Assembly (NCBI GenBank): GCA_965113315.1
Contig: OZ220365.1
Length of the DNA stretch: 64,000 bases
Source: Podarcis vaucheri
Taxonomy: Eukaryota
Reading direction: 5' to 3' (one strand)
Shown: piece by piece, positions 55,501-64,000 of the stretch
Position numbering within the stretch: the first letter of the stretch is position 1
Layout of the letters: every line of letters begins with the position of its first letter
Program-made: the position numbers and the translations under genes
Notes under the pieces: generated by a model
The model's input: only the letters and a program-made list of their open reading frames with translations
Database searches by the model: none
What the model was told of the DNA's origin: nothing

Positions 55501-58500
55501 AGTCAAATATGAGCTTGAGTAGGCCCTTGCCTATGCTGTCTTAGACCACATCGCAGCACTACTGTGAATTATGGTAGCTTGCATTGATGAGAATGTCAAG
55601 TAAATGGTTGCACTTGTTCTTTGGGGGTTTTGCATGGTGCCTTGTGCTCAATGTGTGGCAGGTAAAGCTGTGGATACAGCTCACAGTCTGCACAAAGGTA
55701 ACTTAAGTGTGTTAAACATTCTCTGCTATGCCCTTGAGAAGATGAACAATTCATTATATACCCTTAGCATGTAAGTAGCTTAAATATATGGAAATCTTCT
55801 GTTTAGGGAATCCATGCTTAACAGTTATATTAGCTTCATATCTGCATCATATTGGATATATATAGTTTTTCTCTGTTACCTATTAAATGCAGAATACCTC
55901 CTTTTACTCCCTTTGGTACTTCATTTTCCCTAACCACTTCAGCTTTTATTGTTTTGTTGCTGTTTTTATTTTGTTAGAAATTATTGAACCAGACTAATGG
56001 TTCCTTTTGTAGAGATCTCATGAGACCCTTTGTGCTCACCTGCTGTCTCCTGGTCCCATGAGATCTTTATGCACAATAGTGAATGAAACAGGTTAGCCTG
56101 AATGCAGCTATGGGACTGTTCTGTGATTTGGCATGTAAGGACTTCATTAATCAGCCTGCAGAGGCCATCCTAATACTGCTAAAATGCAGACTCCTAGAGG
56201 GAAAGAGCAGTCTGGCAGAATGGGAAAGGGATGGGGAGAGTATGTTGGAAAACATTGTAAATAGGCAGCAGTTTGCGGGGTGGGATGGGGACTGCAGAAG
56301 GCAATGGGGGCAAGCTTCTGCTGAGGGGAAAGGTTTTTCACTGTTTTTCTTGGATTTTAAAAAAACGTAATGCTCATGTGGCCTTGGTAAACATTCTCCA
56401 CATCCAGATTGGCTTTCAAGGGTCCTAGTAATTATTATATTGGATCATTCTGGAAACATTAAAACACACCAGTTAAAATCCTGCATTGATTAATGTGTCA
56501 CATGTTAAATGGTCTTGCTTCAAACCTAATGTGTGGTAGTACATACGTTGGTAAAATCATAAGATAGTAAGATGAACATTGAGATCTACAGGGCACTAAA
56601 TGAATAACATAATGAATAAAACTTTGAATAACTTGCAATAATTTTTCTATCTGTTCACTGCTATTTTCAGATCTTAAATTCTATTCAACGTTAGTTTTTG
56701 ATAGTAGGTATTTTAAAAATTCTATTTTGGCACATGCAACAGCATTGGCCTAGTTTCAAGATATGCTTCAAAAGACTGGCCTCTGTGAGCTAGCGTAAGT
56801 CATGTAATGAGAGTATTCCTCAGTAGCACCAAACTGCAGAGGTGAAACTGACTACCAGTATTCTTGGCACACCTGGCCTCACCAGCAGGGATCTTCATGA
56901 TCCTCTGATTTACTGCTGAGAGCTTCATCCTTGCACTTCAAGGAAGGCATATGGTATTTTACAGAGGCCAAGCTGTGGCGTTCATACTCGGTTTATGCAT
57001 GCTCCACAACCATGCATCCCGTGCTTCCTATTCTGATGTTGATCAAATACTTTAGTTTGGGTCCGACCCAAAAGCCATCTTAGCTACAGCAATAAGTTTT
57101 CAAACCAGGCTTAGCAAACAACATATTTGTAAGTGTTAACATTCAGTGCTGTGAAAAGGTTTCTGGTTGCCATATTGGGATGTATAAGACCTCTAAGGCA
57201 GCATTTCCCCATTCTCTTCACAGTTAGTATAGTCAGGATAGCACAAATGATTAAACAATAAAGTCCTCTAGATAGTGTTTGCAGGCTTTTGCCAAAACAC
57301 GTCGTCACTTAGTCTTCATAATACGATGCTTCTCCTCTCTTGCAGCCTCTGTTAGCACCCCTTGTTCCAGGCTGTCTGCAAGCTCAGGCAAACATCGCTG
57401 CATTGGTTGCACTTTGATCACATTCTTGGAAGGTTTTGTCTTCACAAGCATAGAGACTTCCTTTAGAGACTTCTAAAAATGAAAGATGAGACTCTGGAGG
57501 GCAATTGAGAGGCCTGCCCCTGCCACCCAACGTCCTAGTCCTTTGTTACCCCTGTACCCTCACACTTTGGGGGGAAACGCTGCTCTAGAGGGAGATACTG
57601 AGTTACCGTTGATCACCTCTAGCAGCAGGTACAGTGGCATTGCAATGTTGGCGGAGGCTGTTGGGCCGTTTGGCTGCAGAATTTGTGCTGTGTGCAGTTG
57701 CCGAAGCCCTGAGTGGAGGTCTGTGGTCTCAAAGGAGAGAGGTAGGTGAGACAGAGACCCTTCTCCCCACCCCACCCCCACTCAGATGACACATCTAGCA
57801 GGTGAGGGACCCTGTGATAGCCTTGATGGCAAGAGAGAAGCCATCTGGGGCTGGACAGAGGTTCCTCCCTGGCAGCGTGGTGTGGACAATGCAGAGCTGT
57901 TCTCCTTTTCAGGGGGTCATCTCTCTGCCACACAGCTGCTTACAGCATACAAGCACATCACTTAAGAGCTTTATATTCCTCCAGCGTCAGCTGCCATTGC
58001 AGGGACTGTGATCCCTCCTCGGAGAGGCACTCTGTGTCTTTCAGAGGTGGGATGGCCTCTCCTTTGCTGCTCAGCGGGTGCAGAGCAGTTTGCTAGAAGC
58101 AGAATTTGCCTGCGGGTTCCAAGGCCTCTCTCCGATTGTGGCCTTTGAGGGTGTCATTGCAGCCAGTATTTCAAAGGGCTGAGGTGAGGTGAACAGAGGG
58201 TAACTGTTGTGTGGGGCAGCTGGTACCCTCTGTGTGATAAAGCGGAGACTTCTCCATGTCCCCAAGAGAGTAGAGCGATTTTATTGGTAAGGAAGGGGGA
58301 TCCCATGCACAAGTGCATGGTCTCGCCTTCCTCATCACCAGACACAGGAGCTGTTCGTAAGATGATGGTGGCTTCCTGCTGCCAAGCGGCTGTTAGGTGC
58401 AACTTGTGACTGTGCAACATCCTCCTCTCTTCCAGGACTCATAACAATCTGTATATGCCAGAGATGGTGGCCAGGTTTGGGGAAACCTTTGCAAAGGCCT

Positions 58501-61500
58501 TAGACCTGCTGGAAGTGGAGAAGAATGCCATCCTAGGTAAGTATCTGCTCCTCTTCATTGCACTTCTACAGCTTGTGTGTTAATCTTTACAGCCGCTGTG
58601 TTCTCTTCAAGATGCAGAAATTGTTAACGTTAGCTGCAGTCAGGGCATTCTGCTTAAAACAACCATATGCTGCATTTCTCTAGCTCAACAAGAGTTTGAA
58701 GTAGGCCTAGGCAAATGTAGTTACCCAAGGGCTGAGCTCCTGCCTACTTGTCTGCTTGCCTGCCATGTGTGTGAGAGATGAACGTTTTTTGTGCAAGATT
58801 TTTGCTGGGAACAAGAATAGGCACCATGTCATATAATGACTGTGCAAGTAATGTTAAACTGTGATTTAGTGGTGCATGCATGAGCAGGAAGGAGCCGCCC
58901 TGATCCTTGGGCTGCCCACACACAAGAGAAAGACCTCAGTAGAATTTTGTTTTACTTCCCATGAAACGTGGTTTGTTGTTCTGTACAAGCCAGAGTCTGG
59001 AGTTTAAAACAAATTCATTTCCCTTGTGTCACTCAAGATATGTTCTAAGCCTTTGATTTGCCTAGTTTTTCTAGCAAGATCAAAGAAGTTCCTGGCCCAA
59101 GAGAAAGGCTTTTTAATTTCTAGCTGACTTATTTGCCATCTCCTGGCTCAGTTGAGGAGGTTGAATTGGCAGGTACTTTGGCCTAATAACACACAGGTTC
59201 ACCATTTTCTGGTGGCCCATCACCAAGAGGCTTTCCAGATCTTAACTCTCAACCCCAAGGGTCAGGAACCTCAGGCCCAGGGGCCTAATGTGGCCTTTCG
59301 GGCGTTTCTGACCTCCTCACAGCCCACACGCCTCACAAGACTTTTTCCACCACCCTCCTGCAGTGCTTTTGTGTGACTGGAATGTGTCCCTGAACTGTGG
59401 TACTGCCTCTTGCTTGGTCTGGATGGAAAGGAGGGTGGGTATATGTGTCGAAACCTCTGACTTACAGGGCTGAAATGTGACCTACTATACAAAAGGAAGA
59501 GTCACATCCATTGCTGCTCCCACTTACACCTTTAGCACTGCCCCCACCATTGATATGCATCTGCCAGAAGGTTGCCCATGAGTGAATGCAGCCTTGGGAC
59601 TGAAGAAGGTTCCCTACTTCTGCTCTAAATCCACCACATTTTCAGAGGAGGGTTGACTTTTAGTGATGATCTGTACAATTGTGACATGGAGCTGGATTCT
59701 AATTCTGCCTCAGGGCCACTTCTTACATAAAGCTTACAATGTGGCTAGCTCTATGTACCTATGTAGCCTGTGCTCATGTCATGCCAGGTAGAGACGACTG
59801 CTTTAGATTTCTTTTGCAAAGGATCTTCTAAACCATTTCAGGCACTGATGCATCTTAAGTTATACAATCTCCGACGCAGGTAGAAATGTATATGATTAGA
59901 ATGTCCAAGTTGCTTTTGAGAAATTGTTAAAACATGCCAGCTTTCTTCTAGTTCAGCCTGAGGTAATGTGACATTTTTTTCTGGCCTTCCTATCAGTTTT
60001 TAAAGCTGTAGCAGCAGCATTGCTCTAGATAGACCCTGCAACCCTGATTATATATCCACATCTGTGTTTGCTCCTTTGGTTGGCTCACCGAACATTCTCA
60101 TTCCATGGTTTCCTGTAATAATGTTTTTTTCTTTCATTAGCATTTCATTTGCTTGTGGAGATGAACCTATTCACTGATAATATTTCACTCTTTTTAGGCC
60201 TTCCTCAGCCCCTGCTGGAAATTTATGACTCTCCTGTTTACAAAACAGTGTTGGAAAGGATGCAGGGCTTTTTTTGTACCCTGTATGACAACTGGTAAGA
60301 ACTTCAATGATTTAGGAAAATAAACTTGTGGAATGCACAAAAACAGCAGCAGATCAAAAGGCATACAGTGCAGTTTGGTGCCCTTTAACTACTATAATTT
60401 CTTGTCTCACGAAATTTTATTGCCTCATTCAATAAAACCATCACCGTCCTGGGAGCTGTTGGTGCAGCCTCACTCCCACCACCTTCCCTGGGCCTACTTA
60501 AGAAAGACCTGTGTGCCCTGAGGGAAGCCAGAAACAAGGAACCCCAGACAAGGAAACAGGCCATCGACTCCTGAGGCTGGCCAGAGAATATTTTGTGCCA
60601 ATTGTTTGTTCTAATATTTTAAATGTGTAAAGCACCTTGGGTGCCTTGGCCCTTGGGACAAAAGGGTTGGTATCAGTTTATGTCCTGCCTGTAAGCTTTG
60701 TAGGAATTTCTGGCTGATCACTGTTGGAGACAGAATGCTGGACTAGTTGGACTTTGGTCTGACCCCAAAAGGCAATCCTCCTTTTCACAAATGAATAAGC
60801 AAACACAAATCTGTATCATCAGAGCAGAATGTCTTCCAACCTTCATGTTTGTTGTCTAAATTGAATTGTCTTTTGAATTGCAGTTTCCATGTCCTGGGGA
60901 ATGCTGGCTCTTCAATGCAGCAAGATTTCTACACAGTAGAGGGCCTAGCTACTGAACTGCTCAACTCTGCTTTTCTCAACCTAAGCAACATCCCTGACTA
61001 TAGACTCCGCCCCATGCTTCGTATCCTTTATCTGCTGTTTGTTGCTAGGCTCTCCTTCCAAAATCATTTTTGACTTCCTCTCTTTGTCCATGACATGAGA
61101 GGTCTTCTTTTCAAAATAGTACTAACGATTTCCTGCTCCCTTTGCCTTCCTTCTGCACCTGACCACACCTGGTGCAGATAGTTCACTTCTCAGAAAAAAT
61201 ATCTGGAAAAGAGCAGAATATCTGGAGGAGGCATGTCTGCCAGGGTATCAATACAATATGGGAAGAAATGGCTCAGAATGGTTCTGGCTCTGTGTCTAAG
61301 TTGGAGATTTCCAATAAGAGTTCCCAGTAAATGATTTTCCTGTCCAAACAACCACAGCAATCATCCTAGTTCTTCATCTTCACTTTCAGCCAAAATGGTA
61401 GGAAGCCCAGTTTGCAGAACTTGTGACCCTCTTTTCAGAATTCAGCCCTCCAACCATGTATTGTGGCCTGCCATGTGTTTAACTCCCTTTTTTTCAAGGA

Positions 61501-63631
61501 CTAAAAAGCCTGTATAAATCAGCCTTTCTTCTCAATTCAGATTTATGGAGCATTTTAAGTAGGAGCGGTTTGTGCAGTTGCCTGTACCGATCAGGCTTTG
61601 GGATTTCTGGTGATGGAGTTGGTCTCCTAGTCTGTTTATCATTAAAGGAGAGCTTCAGCCGCAGGGCTGGGTGGTTCAGTAGTTTGTCGTGTGGAAATGC
61701 TAATGCTTATGCTAGACTTCTTTAACTCACTCCGCACAGGTGTGTTTGTGAAGCCCTTGGTCCTTTCCTGTCCATCTGAACACTATGAATCTCTTATCTG
61801 TCCTATACTTGGACCACTCTTCACCTACTTGTATGTGGTAAGAAATAGCATGTTTATGACTTGCATCATTTGCTGCTGTTACTGGCCAGGGCTTCCAGAC
61901 TTCGTTGTCGTTCAGGGTTCTGAAATGTATTTGTTACATCTGCTTCCTGCCCCTTCTCCAGAGAGCCCCGAGTTTCACTTCAGCAATATTGTATGAAGCA
62001 GGTGAAACTGGGATAGAATTTATTAAATTTGGTCACAGACCAGTTCCAGCTCACATACAATATCAGGGAAGTCATAAAACATGATAGGGATACATTTGAA
62101 TTTGCAATTGGGTATAACAGGGGCAATACAGATATAGCAGCAGTTAAAAATATGTAAGTTAAATTTTAATCACTAAAATATAACCTAAAATTGTTAAACT
62201 GGGATATGGTGGCTTGCCCAAATACTTAGGTAATACTATTGTTGGGGACACATTTTAACCAGGTTTCCTGGATGCAAGACAACTCTCTAGAGACTAATGG
62301 TCACTGGCTCAGGCTTCAGATTTTAGCCCAACAACGAGGTCTAGGAGGCTTCATACTCTGTAGCAAGGTGAAGCTTAGTGAAATCTCAAAAGCTGAAGGG
62401 GCTGAGAGGTGCAGCTGAGCAAAATGTCTTGTAGGGAAAGGGAAGGCTTTCATGCCCTGCATAGTTCTCTGCTCATTTCCATAAATAGCAGAATCAGAAT
62501 TGATAAGGTGTTACTTTGCATAATTTAAATGAATTACCAAATTCAGTTTTTATTGTCACATAATTTGGGTTCCCTTGACATGGAACACACACAGCCCTGA
62601 GTGTATCTCATTGATTGCCTTCATATTATGCTACTGTTCTTTCTTTGTTCCTTTCTGTCAGAGGCTGTCCCAAAAATGGCAGGTGATCAACCAGCGAAGT
62701 GTGCTTTGGTAAGTGTGATGGCTTAAAAGAAACGAGGGGGACTGCTACTCAAAAATGCCACTTGATGTCTGCACTACTGCAGTCTCTCTTGAAGGGGGCA
62801 ACCAAAGCCGTAACATTTTCTAAAACACCTAACACCGACTAAAAGATGTGGGGAAATTAAAAGGTTTTCACCTTGTGCCCAGAGGTCAAAGAATTCAGAA
62901 TATCTTTTCTAAAGAGAGTGCGCCAAGGTCTGGGTGCCGCAACCAAAAAGATCCTTTCCCATGCTTCCTCTGATTGTGGAAGTGCCTAGAGAAGGGCTCT
63001 ACCGACAGTGTCTAGTATCAGGCAGCTTCATAGGAGTGCAAACAGTCTTTTAGATTACCTGGGTCCCAAGCAGTTATGGTTAAGACCAGCAGCTTGAATT
63101 ATGTTCATAAATAGGCCAGAAACAGTGAGAGATGTTCCTTGCGGCTGTATTTTGCACCATTTTAAATAGCCACGTACTCATCAAAGGTAGCCCCACATAT
63201 AATACATTAAAATAGCATAACCTGAGTGTTCTGAGGGCAACAATAACAAATACCAGATTGCTTCTGTCCAGGGTAAACGGACATCTACCTGAGCTGTGTT
63301 TTCTGTCACAGATAACCATTTGGGCATCAAAAGTAAAGGCTAGATCTAATTGCACCCCAAGTTATGAACCTGATCCTTTAGGAGAGTGCAACCCTGCCTA
63401 GGACAGACTGAACCTCACTGTCCAGGACAGATGAGCTACCCATCAACATTACCTTCATCTTGGTGATGCCATCATGCTCAGCTTCAGTTGTAGTCTATCT
63501 TGCGTTTTTAAAATGGATCGTCTTTTCCTTCAGCAGTGACGAAGATGCAGCAGATGACAACCCAGAATCCCAAGAGATGTTAGAGGAGCAGCTAGTTAGG
63601 GTGCTTACCAGAGAAGTTGTGGATCTAATTG
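34379..63631 (+). CDS. XPO5: Exportin-5, exons 1-26 (3'-partial; continues beyond window): join(34379..34483,37096..37217,38536..38608,40491..40628,40826..41008,41404..41430,41933..42118,42804..42880,43662..43761,44790..44873,45367..45492,45983..46073,46584..46712,47090..47205,48890..49045,49817..49858,50873..50962,52215..52414,52626..52725,53717..53898,58436..58536,60198..60294,60884..61020,61740..61837,62662..62708,63534..63631)
   Basis: The translation has MSWDPVSTLCEQLVKAVTVMMDP...RYRLEALK, IVVEMIKREWPQHWPD, LLRLAEDVVTFQ and ESQEMLEEQLVRVLTRE, matching exportin-5. The phase chain is consistent through 26 exons. Confidence 0.97.
34996..35517 (-). mobile_element. BovB (RTE) LINE, 5'-truncated 3' fragment
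   Basis: It encodes WRRLLRVPWTARRSN...LQYFGHLMRREDSLEKTL...WRALVHGVTKSRTRLN, followed by a short CAA tail. The TSD is AGGCAGAT. Confidence 0.93.
37514..37566. repeat. (TC)n(TG)n compound microsatellite
   Basis: Read directly from the sequence. Confidence 0.95.
37805..38058. mobile_element. Tc1/mariner (Tigger-like) MITE
   Basis: TA|CAGTTGTACCTTG...CAAGGTACAACTG|TA. Confidence 0.85.
38403..38474 (+). pseudogene. Degenerate partial duplicate of XPO5 exon 3 (pseudo-exon) with intact acceptor
   Basis: The acceptor is near-identical to the real one, and 23 of 33 nt match the start of exon 3 without gaps. An in-frame TAG lies at 38472-38474. Confidence 0.75.
39480..39853. mobile_element. hAT-like MITE
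   Basis: CAGTGATTCCCTAAA...TTTGGGAACCTCTG with a degenerate TSD TTATAGAG/TTTTGGAG. Confidence 0.6.
40069..40433 (+). mobile_element. Sauria SINE, full length
   Basis: tRNA-like head, (ACCTTT)4 tail and TSD TAGGTATT. Confidence 0.92.
42271..42528. mobile_element. Tigger/pogo-like MITE (same TIR family as 26763-28014) with internal 25-bp hairpin
   Basis: TA|CCATATTTTTCGCTCTATAAGAC...GTCTTATAGAGCAAAAAAATGG|TA. Confidence 0.85.
43941..44702. mobile_element. hAT MITE interrupted by a probable solo LTR
   Basis: TIR CAGAGCTTT...AAAGCTCTG with TSD CACTACAC/CACTATGC. Confidence 0.75.
44052..44602. mobile_element. Probable solo LTR (551 bp)
   Basis: The ends read TATCA...TGACA, a TG..CA pattern with one change, flanked by a 5-bp TSD AGTTT. 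Confidence 0.6.
47421..47722. mobile_element. hAT MITE (right TIR partly deleted) inserted in an old SINE
   Basis: It starts CAGTGGTTCTCAAACT, with TSD GGTTAGAA on both sides. Confidence 0.65.
47784..48024. mobile_element. Tigger-like MITE (related to 37805-38058)
   Basis: AGTGGTACGTTGGTTCTCGAA...TTCAAGAACCAAGGTACCACTG|TA. Confidence 0.8.
49046..49816 (+). other. Non-canonical GC-AG intron, XPO5 intron 15
   Basis: The exon ends ...VLSK (AAG|GCAAGC). A 156 nt exon keeps frame only with this GC donor. Confidence 0.85.
51130..51345 (+). mobile_element. L2-type LINE 3' end
   Basis: GGCCTTCTCAGCAGTGGCG...CTGTGGAATGCCCTCCC (RAFS.A.P.LWNALP) followed by an AT-rich tail. Confidence 0.6.
51672..51811. 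mobile_element. hAT MITE
   Basis: Perfect TSD GCACAGCT with termini CAAAGGAGCCAAC...GTTAGCATCCCTG. Confidence 0.7.
53083..53320 (-). mobile_element. CR1 LINE 3' end
   Basis: TCATAGAATC...GGAAGGGATCCCAAGGGTCATCTAGTCCA is the CR1 terminal signature. Confidence 0.8.
54008..54125 (-). mobile_element. tRNA-derived SINE with CR1-like tail
   Basis: A GGGTCATCTGGTCCAA tail is joined to a tRNA-like GGGCTTGAACCACCAGCCTTCTGGTTAACAGCC segment. Confidence 0.55.
59256..59622. mobile_element. Old hAT-like element
   Basis: The termini are CAAGGGTCAGGAACCT...AGGTTCCCTACTTCTG. Confidence 0.5.
61021..61739 (+). other. U12-type (minor spliceosome) GT-AG intron, XPO5 intron 23
   Basis: The 5' site is |GTATCCTTT. 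A branch box TTCTTTAAC lies at 61718-61726, about 14 nt from the AG, and there is no long polypyrimidine tract. Confidence 0.9.
62800..63460 (-). mobile_element. Decayed L2-type LINE fragment
   Basis: ORF 63080-63355 contains LRLCYFNVLYVGLPL...MVQNTAAR, the L2 ORF2 C-terminal signature. Confidence 0.7.
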
Positions 63632-64000
63632 GTGAGAGAAACTAGTAGGTTGCATGAAAAGCCTGGGTCATCTGTAGTATGTCTCTCTGAGCAAAATAAA
63701 TTCCAGTAGTATGTTCTGGGATTTGTGGGACCACAGTGGCTTGTTGTGACAATTCTTAATCTTGTTCTTCATGCTCCAAAAGTGCTTCCATTGTCAAAGC
63801 TGTCATTTTTCAGTCTTACGCTGCACACCCAATTTAGGCCTAAATAGGGCCTAGAATACTGGTTTTCAGTCTGTGTTCCTTGGAAGTTTATTAATTCCTT
63901 AATTGGAGAAAATGGTAGTGAGAGACAAGCTGCCCAAAATGTATGGCAACGGAGTTGGGCATGTTGTACATCACACTATATTTTCACACAGGGTGGCAGC

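Noticed and set aside
57486-58420. Cluster of 60-100 aa ORFs on both strands in XPO5 intron 20, a possible nested gene
   Set aside because: There is no recognisable homology or coherent exon chain.

Overview
This is vertebrate nuclear DNA from a squamate reptile, probably a lacertid-type lizard, judged from the Sauria SINEs, the BovB fragment and the squamate hAT/Tigger MITEs. It holds the conserved MAD2L1BP(-)/GTPBP2(+)/POLH(-)/XPO5(+) block. The genes form two head-to-head CpG-rich promoter pairs and one tail-to-tail junction. I rebuilt full spliced CDSs for MAD2L1BP (3 exons, 274 aa), GTPBP2 (12 exons, 609 aa) and POLH (10 coding exons, 696 aa). The first 26 exons of XPO5 are also present, and that gene runs off the window end. 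All exon phases are consistent. I found no new protein-coding system. The most notable signals are non-coding or splicing-level: a nested triple inverted repeat in the POLH/XPO5 bidirectional promoter; tandem ATF4/C-EBP elements upstream of the ribosome-rescue gene GTPBP2; a decayed duplicate of XPO5 exon 3 with an intact acceptor; a SINE tail creating an in-frame alternative XPO5 acceptor; pre-miRNA-like hairpins inside XPO5 introns; a U12 intron and a GC-AG intron in XPO5; a frame-preserving, stop-free intron in MAD2L1BP; and hAT MITEs carrying ZNF143-type motifs. Comparisons with human proteins are from memory and need checking by alignment.
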